From Antedon mediterranea (taxonomy: Eukaryota; Animalia; Echinodermata): a stretch of DNA of 64,000 nucleotides. This document shows positions 38,401 to 53,400 of this stretch, in pieces. Numbering within the stretch: position 1 is the stretch's first letter; each line of letters begins with the position of its first letter. The stretch lies in contig NC_092671.1 in assembly GCF_964355755.1 (NCBI RefSeq), positions 6,634,001-6,698,000 on the forward strand. The letters are read 5' to 3'. The notes below the pieces were generated by a model. That model did not search any database, had not been told where the DNA came from, and saw only the letters and a list, made by a program, of their open reading frames with translations. A program made the translations under genes and the position numbers.

Positions 38401-41400
38401 TGAAGATTAGCCAATTTTTCCATCCTGCCAAACTTTTTAAAAGATTCTAAGAAGAACATGGTTGTGATTACAAAAACCTTCAGTGTGCTTTCAGATGCAG
38501 ATTACAAGAGACAGTGCATCAGTCTCTGATGTTGACAACAGGCCATGGAATAGAGCCATAACCATTGGCAATCATTCACAACATTTGTAGCAATTTTTTT
38601 CTTGTCAGACTGGAGGTGTGATAAACAACATCATGGTTGATTAGAAGTGGGTCATTTTGCGACCTACTACAGCTAATTGCCAATTTGGACGTTGGCCCAA
38701 ATCTTCTCTCAGACAAACAGTCCCTAGTATGCCAAAGAGTAGTGCCAAAGTTATTATTAATAAACCTCATATCGCTCAGCTTAATTATAGCAGATGAAAT
38801 TTTTTTCTCTCACCATGAAAATGTAAAAGTGCATTATGTTAAAACTGTGGGTTTAAATTGTTTCAATAAGGATAAGCATTTGTAACCACATGAATTGTTA
38901 ACATGTAATGATATAGTTTGGTGGTTAACATGATTGCCCTCCAATTCCTGGTCCTCTGTTCAATCCTGACCTAGTGCCAGGGTTGTAGCTCACGACTCTC
39001 ATACTCCAGTGCTTACAGTAAACTTCAGACAGGCCTTTTAGAGAGACTTTTTAGTTTATAAGCATAGATTATCCAATTGGTGAACAAAAAGTACTAATTA
39101 ATTGAATTGAATGCCATTACTTTTTATAGACCTATTAACTGTAATCTGTATTATTTTTACGAATGCAAAAACTAGTTTAAAATAGTATAAAAGGAAGTTA
39201 ATTATCCACATTAGCAAATTGTGGTGATAGCACATAAACGAAAATTGACATCACAATGTTTTTATTTTCAATAAAATAGATGAAAATCTTACCAGGATCT
39301 GTTAACGTGAACAAGGTACCAAGTGTTTATTGAGTGTTTGTTTGTATTAATATTAATATTAATATTTAGTGAGCTTTGAATTTTGAGACTGAGTACATTA
39401 CATTAGTTTCCTTTTTGTAACATGTAACAGTTTTTTAGAAACGTCACAAAACGAGAGTATGTGACATCATTTCTCTTCCGATGTTGAGTATTTTTTCCAA
39501 TGATTTCCTCACTTCAAAACTTAGTGACAAAATTTGATTGTATTATATGTACAGTACTTATAGTCTCAAAATTGAAAACTCCCTAATATAGCTGTTGTAT
39601 TGTGAGCATTGTGTTATCACCAAACACTACACTACTGTAGGCTACAATATCAATGTCAATGGTGGTAGATCCAGTCTATGAATAGAGTTGTGGAGAGAAA
39701 ATGATGGTTGAGATGATGCCAGCATTCGTCAAAACCAGTCACTGGCTGACATTGCCAGCATTTGTCACCACATGCCACTGACTGACATTGCCAACGTTCA
39801 TCACCATCCATCACTGCTTGACATGTTGCTTTCACACAAACACAGTGTTTCAGCGTAGACCCTTGCTTCCCTTATTGCACATAACATTACATTAGGGAGG
39901 TTTCGAATCTTACGAATACGATAACGAAAACGGATACGTCACGCATGCGTATTCGTTTTCGTAAGCCAGTAAAAATCTTTTTCGCATGGCAACGAAATAT
40001 TGAGGGCGTCGTCCAAAATATGACTGCGGTAAAGTTGAGCGAAGTGCAGGTACATGTTGCTTGGTGCTTGGCTGCCTAGGCCTAGCGTAACATCAAAGCG
40101 AGTGAGGACTTTAAAGACTGCTATTTATCAAAATTGACCTGGCATTTTAGTAAATTACTTTAGTAAATTACTTTCAATAAATCTATAATTATATTATAAT
40201 TATGAATCATTCCTGATTCAAATGCAAAATGTGCAAAATAGATCAAAAACTATACTCGTTTTGTAGTTACGAATATGACTGGTGATATTCATCAACACGA
40301 ATACGCTTTAAGAATATGAAATGGGGATCAGCTCAAAAGTTTCACAATGTGTGACGTATCCGTTTTCGTTATCGTATTCGTAAGGTTGCGAAACCTCCCT
40401 ATTATAACAAACACAATACATAACTGTACAGGTTGTGTGAGAATTAAACCATTGAGGAATTTGTTAAGCAATTTTTCTACAAATCTACAATAGCAAGTAG
40501 TGACCAACCGACACGGTAAAAAATGTTAGGGCAAAGCACTAAAAAACTATTAATTGTATTGTTTAATATTACAAATTCAGTAAACCTATAGTTTTATTTA
40601 TAGTTATTTTTTTGTTGGCCGTACTGTGCAGTTATTTTATGTAGTGAATTGAACTTCATAAAATACATTAGTACTTTAAAACCCCTACTTGGGGACACTG
40701 GGTTAGGTCCCTAAAGTGTCCCTTTAAAAGATGTTCTACTGTATTACTGTACACTTTTGTGTTGTCTGAAATTTGTGAGTGTTGACATGATTGTGCTGTA
40801 ATGTGATTCCAAGTATGTCTATTAAAATATGAAGCCATATGGACATGTAGAAACTCTTGATATTTTGCAGCTGGCCTATGACCTACCTGTGATGTACAGA
40901 CATTGTAATGTAATAATATTAATAAAGTTAAATTATTTTTTCTAATGTATTTGTATTAACCAAGTGTACAATTTTCTTGTAATAGGATTCCCTGAGTTTC
41001 ATTTTGATGTTTTAGGAAGTTTTGATGCTGTGTAAATTCCCCTGTACCAGTTATTGATGCAACTTCCACTGCAATGCAACTATCCAGCATGTTTCCTCGG
41101 TTTAGTTAAACTGAAAAAATAAGATGAAATTCAGATTAGGTCCTTGTGGTCCCACATAAGCCACAAATGCAGAGGCTACCATGACTTTTTTCCTTAAAAA
41201 AGTTTATTATTGTGCACATGTACTGTATACATAGGACCAAATTCTACTGTACTGTACTGTACTGTAAGAACACTTATCATCTCTTATATAACTACAGTAC
41301 TGTACTCCTAATCTAGATAGGGAAAGCATTAACAATTCTGATTGGTTGATGTTTAGAAATGTACAAATATTCATAACCATTTCTTGTATTTGTGTGTAGA

Positions 41401-44400
41401 TATTTTTACAATTAAATATTTTTTTTTTATATTTATAGCAAGATTCTCGATTGAAGAGCCTCAATGCTGCTTTTCGTCTCAAGAAACCAGATAAGTAAGT
41501 AAAAGATAAACACAATTTACAGGAGAATCTGTATTAAGAGGGCTTCTTTAGAACCAAATAAATAGGGGTTTCCCTAGGCTAAATAGGGGTTGGCCATAGT
41601 GTTAGAACACTACTTTGTTTCATAGCAGTGTTCTAATTTATTTGCAATTATTTCGTTACTGTACTTGAGAAAGTAGCCTGTATTCTATACAAAGGTTATT
41701 CAGTAGCAAATTCATAAAATCCATAACAATAACCAGGAGTTCATGATTTACAATGTTGATAAGATTTACTGGTATTTTTACCTTCACCTATGACAAATGC
41801 CTCTGCCCTCAACCACCATGAAATCGATAAACACCCAATTTACAACGTGTTGTGTACCAGCGTGTGATCAAACAATTTGTGATTCAACAATTTTGACAGT
41901 AAACCACTGCAAACAGCTAACATAAAATCACACACATGCAACAGATGTCATGAAACTTTACACTTTAAATACAGATGTTTGATTTGTTTGAATCTTGTGA
42001 ACACACCTTATTTATTTTATACAAAAATCCTTTTCCTGATTTACTTATCAGTAATAAGCCTTTATTCATACCGCCATGGTTTCTGGCATATTCCCATTCT
42101 GTCTTTATATAATATCGGTATGTTTAGGAGTATACCTGTATGACTTGGACTAAACTCTGTAAAGCTCTGTCTACACTATCAAAAAATTGTGATATGCCCA
42201 AATGTGGAAGTGATATGATGTCATGTACTGTATGGGCACATCACATTTTTTTGTCACATAAAGTTTGATATTGTAGACAGAGCTTTAAGAAAGGGGTTAC
42301 CATCATGCAAGATATTTTCATATAAGAAACTGTACAGGTACGTTCAGGAATACATTGCTGGCACTTGTCTCTGTATGAAATAGGCTAAATTTAGTTATTG
42401 TTTTTCCCTTGTTTAAACAACATTAAATGAGGTTTATAAAAGAAAAAAAGTTGAAAAATATGAAATAGGAATTCTCACGGTCAATGTACTTTATATATTT
42501 GATAAAAATGTCACTAAGTTGTGAATGTAAAAGACTGTATATCATTATATATTATGGGAGTGTTCATTTCGGTAATTGTATTGTGTGGTTTTAATCATCT
42601 TAAATGCCTGATTAGCGGCAACTTCATGATTCAAGTAATTAAATACAAAAATTGGATAATAGAGTTAGACGTCCGCTTTTGTACTCTGTAAATTTGCTCT
42701 AGTGTTGAAAAATGAATTTGACAACAGGATGTCATGGTGTCTACCCACTCGCAGCTCATTAAATATGTAGTATTTTCAAGTCATTTTGAAGAATATTTAT
42801 AATACACTATATAAAGTAAAGCCCCTTCTTTGAGAAACTTGTAAGTAAAAACCTTTCCATGAAACAATTAAAGGGGCAAAAAAAGTTTTTTAAAACTAAA
42901 GCTCTGTCTACACTACCAAACTAGTTTTTTAAAAAAAAGGTACATGATGTGCCCAAATATTTTAGTGAAATGCCCAAATAGGGGCATTTGATGTCCAAAT
43001 AAGGAGAAAATAAATTATTAATAACTAAAAGAATTACTTTTATAATATATATTATATTATTCTTATAATATAGGATACTGACAGAGGTTGACATTTTAAA
43101 CCCTTTTGTCATTGTTTCATCAGCTGACTTTCCTAGAAAAACCTTAAAATCTGGAAGAGGTCCAATGTTAAATTAAACAACTAGGTGGTAGGTTTAGAGG
43201 GGATCTGAAGGTTCCCCTTATTCTTTCAGTTTTACAATACTCCTGTAAATAGATATCAACTTATTACTACAGTTGTCATACTACCTTACAATTCAAGATA
43301 TTAGAACTTCTGAACCACGCGATACTGTATATATTTAGATGCATGCAAAGCTTATTTATACTCTCAATGTAACTTTTTTTTCTTGGCTTCCTGACATATT
43401 GCTTGGTTTGAAATCCTTTGAAAAGTACTAAATTAATGTGAACAATACATTGTAGGTGTAATAGCAAACAATGGCACTATAATTATACCACTACACACCA
43501 TTTCACTGTGACAGATGAAATTCATTTACAACCTTATTTCTACCTTGTTTTTTAGATGAACCATAGATTATGGACCAACTATCTTTGATATTAATTTACA
43601 ATAGATATAGTATTTTTCAGAATTAATTCTGGTTTTTAACAATAATATAAACTTTTATTGATGTATGGCAATTGCCAACGATTTGTCAGTGTCAGTGCTG
43701 TACATGTAGGCCTACACCTCCAGGTGTTGTATAAATCTTTAAAAATAGTCAATTGAGGAATTCCTGAGGATACTGGTATGTCTTAAAGGATTTAGAATTT
43801 TATCCTAAACCGGACATATCCAGCAGATGGAAAACTAGTTGGTTGGTGGTGTCATCACTATATTGTAGCTTCACTGCTAGCTAACACAGTAGTCTTGTAA
43901 TAAACATGATAACTAATAAGGAGATCTTTTTTCTTTTCACTTTTGTATCCGACCGTCATTGTTCTGTTTATCAGTGTTTTTTTTTTTTATGTTTTTAAAT
44001 GTGCAACAGTGATCACAAAAAGCTTCCATGTAATAGAACCATTAAATAGAACTTTTACCATGCAATAGAATGAATACTGAATGGCACATGATAAGAAATT
44101 AACCAATTAAATGGCAAGAATACACTAAGGTGTGATCAGAAAACTGATTCTTTTAGTCATATATGCCTTTTTTATTGTTTAATGCAGAAACACTGTACTA
44201 TAAACTTTCTTTCATGGAATAGCAGTACTACACCTGCCAACTTTCACACATTATACGTGCATGAACTTTTCCCATACAACATACGACTAAAACAATATAG
44301 TTGCTCCAAGCTGTTTGAGTCATAAACATCTTTACTTTATTATTAAAAACAACGCCAACTGCACTACACAATCAAACTTTATAAGACTTTGTGTCAAAGT

Positions 44401-47400
44401 GTTCTGTACTTCTTCCAACAAGCTGACAGATTGTGTCGTGTAACCAATAATAGAGGGTGCTATAACATGTTAAAAATAGCACAAAAGTCAGTATTGTCTT
44501 TAGGGAAAATAGTAGATTTTTCTTGTACAGTTACTATTACTTAAGCTCTCAAATTAAATCTATTCCTCATGTTTTCAAGTTGCTCGGTTTCCTGTATAAT
44601 GTTTTGTCGTTTGTCATCACAGTGTTAAATGTACGTTTATTATTCCAACAAAATGAAATTGAAACTTTTAACAATAAGATGAGATCAAGGAGATTTATAC
44701 TAAAGATGAGTAACAGTCACACTTCAGAAAACTGAAAGTAACAGGCTATAAACGAGAGTATAAATGACACAAAAGCCCCTTGCAAAAGAGAATTTAGCAT
44801 TTCCCTAAAATTGTATTTCCTATTGCTTAGAATGACAATTTTTTATTTCTATGATTAAATTTCAATACAACAATTTTAGTGCCATCATATAAGCAATTTA
44901 AAGATCAATTAAAAACAATAAATGAAATTTGATTACCGGTATTGTATACAGTAAAAACTTGAAAAGGACTTTTTTTCAAGGTTTTACAGTATTTGTTTAA
45001 GTTTATCACTCCAAGCCTGCATGTAGTCTCCCTGACCTGTTTTTAAATGATTTTTTTTTTCATTTTTCAGACGTTTCGAAGACCTTAAGAACTATTGCAC
45101 TAATCTACAGAGTAATATAACAGCATTGTTAAAGTTGAGAGCTGTAAGTAATGAGTCTCAAAGAACTCAATTAAATGCTTCAATGATGTATGGTACCATG
45201 ATAAACTATACTTGGTAACACAAGTAACTGACATACACTGTTAAGCTTCATCTACACTATTAAACTAGTTTTAAAAAAGTGTACTGTACCCAAATAGGGT
45301 AGTGATATACCCAAATGGTAGTCATATGACATCATGTCCATATATGGGCACATCACATTTTTTTCACATAAAGTTTGATGGTGTTAATTACAGTAGTTCA
45401 TGTATTCTTTGTGTGTTCATTTCTTCTATAAAACTAAGTTTTCAAGCCTGTAGTCAGGGGGTTTGAACGAACCCCCTTTTTCCTGAAATGCCCTTTTGAA
45501 ACTAGAGATCATCTATCACTAGCTCATGACGATTTAAAGCTCTGTGTATACTATCAAACTAGTTTGACAAAAAAGGTGTGATGTTTCCAAATATGGTAGT
45601 GATATACCCAGATATGGTAGTGATATGACATCATCATGTCCATATATGGGCACATCACATTGTTTTGTCACATAATAGTGTAGACAGAGCGTGTGGTCCA
45701 CAGAAAAACAGAATACTTTTTTATATATTTTAATCCACCACACAGTTGTAAATGCTCATTAGCACAAATGGTAGGCTATCTATGTATTACAATGGTTGTT
45801 TACACATTTTCAGAAATTAGCTGACAGACTGTATGGTATCCATAAGATCCATGGTAACTATGGACGTGTATTCAGTGAGTGGAGTGGCATTGAACATGAG
45901 ATGGGAGATGGTCTACAGAGTGCTGGTCACTATATGGACTCGTAAGTAAACACTTTTATTGTTACTATTGTGCACCACAAGAACACCCTCCTCCACATCA
46001 CCGAGTTTAGTTTACAGTTTACATACACTAGAGCGTCAAAACAAGCGTTTTGTATGTGTTTTGATAGGTGATGGGAAAGTGGTATAAATGTTCTCCAGTG
46101 GCTGTATTCACTATTCACACTTGCACTGAGGAAACACTTAATATTTAAGGGAAATGTCTCACTTAAGTGTGATTGGTGAATACAGCCACTGGACTGTATT
46201 TGTGAGTGAAGTGGGATTGAACCATAGATGGCAGATGGTATTAAAAAAAAAAAACAACCATTGGAAGATGGTGATAAGGGACCATCACATAGAGATTTTA
46301 TATTTTAAGTTTTAATTTTTAAGATTTAACCAGCCTGTTAAGTTCTGTCTACACTATCAAAAAAAATGTGATGTTCCCATATATGGATATGATAACCTCA
46401 TATCACTACCATATTTGGGGATATCACTACCATATTTGGATATATAAAACTTTTTTGTCAAAGTAGTTTAACAGTGTAAACAGAGCTTTAGTGGCGATGA
46501 CTCGCTGTTGGATTGGAATAAAATAAATAAATACATTTTTCAGTGGTCTCATAAATGGACATTTCTGTGGGACACCATTAGTTTTGTTCTGATAGGAATT
46601 ATTGATTACTTGGGAAAAAATCTCAACAGAGTAGTTTATCATGGTCTCATAGTGTCTTGGCTTTTGGCAACATGTTCTTTATGTTTCTTCACCGGTGCAA
46701 TATTTACTGCCTTTAGTAGTAGTGACTATCTTTTTTTTGTTGAAAAATGGTGACTACTACATACAGTATTTTTGACAGGACGTTTTCAGTATACAGACAG
46801 TTTCGGTGTCCTTATTTTAACTTCTCAACACAATGCATGTTCTCACCCTTGAAAGTAATGTGTCTTGACTTTCTTAACCTTGCCCCAGTTATTAGTCCAT
46901 CTAGAGCTTATGTGTATTGACTTTAACCACCCACTTCACATTTACAAGGTATGTATAATTGGAGTTGCAGACTCAATTATGAGATGATGTCATAGACAAG
47001 ACAAAGGTGATTGAGGAAATCCACCTAGGCACCTGTTTAGCACATCCTTACCTGATGGCTATATCATCCTATTGTTCTTATGTATTATCCAACATTACTT
47101 CCGCTGTGAAGTATAAAAAAGTTAAACAGCGCCCACGTTATTGTTTTATTTTAGATCATCCCTGGGTGAGTATTTTTAACCCGAAATGACAGGGCTGAGA
47201 TGACCAGTACACTAGGGTAATTAAACCTCCTACTCATTCTGAAAGTTGCACTGAATGCACATGAACCAGATGTGTACACTGTGCCTCCAATTTTAAATCC
47301 TGAGAAGATTTGTTCTACCACCAGAACTATGGCTAAGAGGAGAGGCTTGAACCTGTGCCGATTTTATGGTTGCCTCAACCACTCAACCATGTGATGTCTT

Positions 47401-50400
47401 AACTGATCTTAACCACCTTGTCCCAACTGATTAACCACCTTGTCCCACAGATTAGAAATTACAGTTATCTACATTTTTGTTTTCAAGGCAAAATAGAAAA
47501 AAAATGCTGTGATATAGATAAGATCGAGGCTTATAATAGAAACTGATTTGGGTGGGTTGTTTCCATGAAAGGTCACAGGAATCATACACAGCGCCTAGCT
47601 GAAGCACATGCTCACTGAGTCATTCTATAGACTAGACACTTCATTAGCATGACATAAGATCAGATCTAGGTCCCTTCTGCTTTCTATTTATTCCGAGGCA
47701 TTAGTCTGTAGCCAATGAGTGACACTGTCTTATTTTCTTTCATATGATGTTTACTCTACAGTTTAATTGACCCACGATGACCCTCTATCTATGCACCCCT
47801 AGCTTGATTCCAATTGTAAAGGCTTACAGTAAATCTAAACCCAACCTCACGTATATCAATCTTGTCTCGTGCGTTGATAGATTAGGCAACAACAGAATCC
47901 CTATGGAATATAAACTCTATATAAATCTACATGCAGGATTAATGTTTGCCATTAATCATAATTTTCCTAGTAAATATTCTCTTATTAAAATTTGGTGTGG
48001 GTACCCAGAGTGAATTACAATCCAAGGAAACTCTACTAATCTGTAACTAGTCCACAGTAGCCCATACGATGAGTCCACATGCAATAATCTCTTTTTGAGA
48101 TGTTACCTAAATGGCCACAATAAAGAAATTGTATTGTACTTTCTTAGCAAAGATTAAAGTGCAGCTCTGCTGTGCATGATGTGTATCTGTTGCTAGGTCT
48201 TATTCTAGTACAACACTACGCTCCCAGTAATCTCATGAACACCATTTGAGCAGTAACATTGAAAACAAAATTATATTGTGTATTCTACCAGTGATTATAC
48301 AGTAATTATTGTCAATAGTCATTTATTTTGTAAACATATTTTCGTACAACATGTAATTAACTAATTAACATTAATTAATTTTCAAGTCACAAAGTTTCCA
48401 TATATTGTATCATCCATTTTTGTCCACCCAAATGGCGTCCAAGTTTAAATTATCTTGTGCTGTATAACGGCACTATATTTATAAGTGTGGAAACAGTCAA
48501 TCATACATTTATATGAATTGCTGTAATAAACAAATAGAAAAAGGAAAAATTGGATAAAAAAAATTGTACAGTGTGTATCGGTCGATGATGTAAAGTGTAA
48601 ATTCCATGTTTATGAGCAAAAGGCTAGTGGTTTTTAACAATATATTCAAACCACCATGAAAATAGTATCTATTACAATATAACCAAATGCCAACATGTTT
48701 TTTGTTTTTTAAAAACCATTAACATATTAAAAAATAAATCAAAGCGATAGATTCAATAAATTTCAAATGCCAAGTTAACTTAAGACTTTCTAAAGTAACT
48801 TGACATGATTTTTCTGTCTGGCGTCCTTGCCCCTAAAATCTAATTTTCGGTTTGCAGTCCCGACGACGACAATAACACAAGTGCAGCGATGGTCTAAAGA
48901 TCAATATGCATCTTGAGTCATGGATCACTTCCTGTTTTCAATGTCACAATTCAAGTAGTTTAAGATTGATGGTAATGTTGCTCGACGATGGTAGTGCGGA
49001 CGCGCCAGCTTCCTGTGCATATCCTGTGTGCGTGTGTCCAATGATGTATTCCCACATAGCTTTGGTGAACAGACACCTGCGAGCCGCATTGGTCTATGTC
49101 AATGGAATTTTCAGTAATTACACTTTGTGATGAATATTGATATATATTGTTACCCATTTCATTACATTACATTGTGATATGTCTGAGTAGAGTATGAAAA
49201 TATAATGTATCATTATTAGGTTATATGCATGATATGCATATAACCTCTTGATTCTGTCAAAATCTTTATTTATTTATTTATTTATTTATTTATTCTTTCC
49301 TTAGCACTATTTTGTCCGTGCATTATCTTGGCATCAGTTTAATCTAGCTAAGTCAAGTTTTCAGAGTATATTCCTCATGGCCAGGAATCGATGTGGTTAT
49401 ATTTTCACGATGCGTAATCAAAAATTACGCGGTCTACGCGTGATTTTACGAAATCACGTTTGTAATCATATCTTCACAAGCATGAATCACAATTAAACAA
49501 AATTTGGTACTCATAAATTTCAGGTCATATTTCATCATATGGCAATAAAATTACGTGCGTAGCGCATATAACGCTTGCGTACGCGCGCTTAAAATGTTCA
49601 AAATTGTCAAAATTTATTTTCGATGAAATTAGAGTACGTTTCAGGCAATTTTAAGCGTTTAAAAAATTGCCATGAGTGCGCAGATTTTTGCACGCGCACT
49701 GCGCGTTAAACGTTATTGCGCACTCTTTTTGCCCGATTTCTGTTTTACAATCTTTCTTTAATAATATCATCATATTTGATTCAGGTTTCAACTCGAAATT
49801 GCGTTATACGAGCACGTCAAAAGTGACTGGCTACGCACGTATAAGTTAACAAAATGGTGAAAATATGCTAAATTTTAAAATTAATATATATCGTCAGAAT
49901 GCAGGGGAACACCTATTTTTTATTTCATTTTCTTGAAGTTTATGTATCATATGTATGATTTATTATCAAATAAAGAGAACAAAAGTTGATTAAGTCATCA
50001 TTAATTGCATATTAAATTAAAAAATAATTTCGACAATCAAACAAATTATGACATTTTCTTAGGCCAAAATAACAAACTTAACATTAACTTTCTTCCTTCA
50101 AAAATTCATATATTAAAGTTAAAAGTATGTAGTTTGACAGTGCATCATTTGTATACATTTTAAAGATGTCATCATAGTAAAAAATTATAATTCATTTCGG
50201 TATGTAATAATCTATTTGCATCAAAGTGGTTACTGCATAGTAAATACACGGAGGAATTTTTCTACAACTTTTAGTCAGACGGTGGTCTGTGCTCGTGTCT
50301 ATGGCATTCAAGGTACCGAGATCGAGTCTCACCTTGGGAAATGAAATAAGATTTTTTTTTTATTATCCGTATTGTTTGTTCAAATTTATTTCTTAGTGTA

Positions 50401-53400
50401 TAGATTATACACATGATTTATAATGAAATCTAGATAAAAATTAACTTATTTCTTTATTATTATGTAACAACAAATGTGGTTTATAGCATTATACGCATAT
50501 GGATCTTTGATCGGATTGTGATACCGGCTATGGTGTTCGCGTTAGCAAGGTCCTATCATATATTATAAATAATTAAAGATTCTGAGAAAATCAATCAATC
50601 AATATATCTTTTAAAAATCAATTATCTTTATTTAAATCAATGCATATAACCTATAATTCGTCATAGTGACGAATTAAATCTAGTTTATTTATTTATTTAT
50701 TTATTTATTTATTCTTTCCTTAGCACTATTTTGTCCGTGCATTATCTTGGCATCAGTTTAATCTAGCTAAGTCAAGTTTTCAGAGTATATTCCTCATGGC
50801 CAGGAATCGATGTGGTTATATTTTCACGATGCGTAATCAAAAATTACGCGGTCTACGCGCGATTTTACGAAATCACGTTTGTAATCATATCTTCACAAGC
50901 ATGAATCACAATTAAACAAAATTTGGTACTCATAAATTTCAGGTCATATTTCATCATATGGCAATAAAATTACGTGCGTAGCGCATATAACGCTTGCGTA
51001 CGCGCGCTTAAAATGTTCAAAATTGTCAAAATTTATTTTCGATGAAATTAGAGTACGTTTCAGGCAATTTTAAGCGTTTAAAAAAATGCCATGAGTGCGC
51101 AGATTTTTGCACGCGCACTGCGCGTTAAACGTTAATGCGCACTCTTTTTGCCCGATTTCTGTTTTACAATCTTTCTTTAATAATATCATCATATTTGATT
51201 CAGGTTTCAACTCGAAATTGCGTTATACGAGCACGTCAAAAGTGACTGGCTACGCACGTATAAGTTAACAAAATGGTGAAAATATGCTAAATTTTAAAAT
51301 TAATATATATCGTCAGAATGCAGGGGAACACCTATTTTTTATTTCATTTTCTTGAAGTGTATGTATCATATGTATGATTTATTATCAAATAAAGAGAACA
51401 AAAGTTGATTAAGTCATCATTAATTGCATATTAAATTAAAAAAAAATAATTTCGACAATCAAACAAATTATGACATTTTCTTATGCCAAAATAACAAACT
51501 TAACATTAACTTTCTTCCTTCAAAAATTCATATATTAAAGTTAAAAGTATGTAGTTTGACAGTGCATCATTTGTATACATTTTAAAGATGTCATCATAGT
51601 AAAAAATTATAATTCATTTCGGTATGTAATAATCTATTTGCATCAAAGTGGTTACTGCATAGTAAATACACGGAGGAATTTTTCTACAACTTTTAGTCAG
51701 TTGTGTATGGCTCGGTGGTCTGTGCTCGTGTCTATGGCATTCAAGGTACCGAGATCGAGTCTCACCTTGGGAAACGAAATAAGATTTTTTTTTTATTATC
51801 CGTATTGTTTGTTCAAATTTATTTCTTAGTGTATAGATTATACACATGATTTATAATGAAATCTAGATAAAAATTAACTTATGTCTTTATTATTATGTAA
51901 CAACAAATGTGGTTTATGACATTATACGCATATGGATCTTTGATCGGATTGTGATACCGGCTATGGTGTTCGTGTTAGCAAGGTCCTATCATATATTATA
52001 AATAATTAAAGATTCTGAGAAAATCAATCAATCAATATATCTTTTAAAAATCAATTATCTTGATTTAAATCAATGCATATAACCTATAATTCGTCATAGT
52101 GACGAATTAAATCTAGTTTGTATTATAGTACTGTAGTATCTTTTAAAATGTTTTTCTATTCTATCCTTGTGGATTTATGCATTGATGTATATTGGCATAT
52201 ATCAATTTATTTATGTTGTTCATTTGAGAGCTGTTAGTGACAATTTTGCATTGTGAGCAATCAGTGTTGTAGTTGCTATAATCAATAAATCTATTTAAAA
52301 ATAGTATTTGAGAATCTTGCTACAACTGATTATGATGAGTGTCTAATCAGGGAGTCTAATGGGGTATATGTTAAATGCTCCAAGATTACAAATAAAATCT
52401 GTGTCTCTATTGCTGTACTTCCAGACATGATTAACGTATCAAATATTTTCCTTTTTGTATTTAGGTACAAAGATTATATTGATGACTTTATGGCAGAAGA
52501 GGAGCTAATTGCAGATCAGTTGAAGGAATATGCATGTTTTGCAGATGCTGTTAGGTAAGAATGCTAGAGGGCAGTAGACTTGTACTTTAAACTCTTTAAA
52601 CAACTCAACATCTTCCCATTGTCAAGCACGTAATACACTAAAAACTTGTGAGTCATCTCAATATATTCTCTTCCACACAATAAATAAACAATTTTCAAAT
52701 TCCTCCAGCAAGATTTGAACTAGAACACATGGATACAAACACACAACATTAGGCCTACACTGACAAACACTCTAGGCTAACAAATTGCTTGACAGCTTGT
52801 GGATATTTTAAATCCTACCCTTTTACAAAACAATTTATTATGAATTCACGATCTTTTGACTCATGATTCGTGAGGTAAATATGTGGATTTATTTATCTAA
52901 TGTAAGAAAACTAGCTTTATATGTTTTTACATACACAGTAAATCTATATTTATTATGAAAATCTATTGAGATAGAATGTAATTGTTACATTTTTATTACA
53001 GATCTGTTTGTAGCAAACAAGAAATGTTGCAATATGAGGTTGAAAAAGCCGAGGAATTGTTAGCATCTAAAACTCAACTAAGAGATCAGCTTCAGGTTGG
53101 TAATAAGTCACTGTAAATTATGATGTAAAATATGTAAAAAAATTATAATATGAATAGAAATAATAATAAATAATTAAAAAATAATAATACATAATAATAA
53201 TAATAAAATTATAGTAATATAATAATGTCACTGTAAATTGTGATGTAAAATATGTAAAAAAAAAAATGGTAAAAAAAGTATGTAATAGTATGAATAGAAA
53301 TAATAATAAATAATTAAATAATAATAATAATATGAATAATAATAATAATAAAATTATAATAATATAATAATGGTGATTGGCCTACTAGTAGACATTTTGG

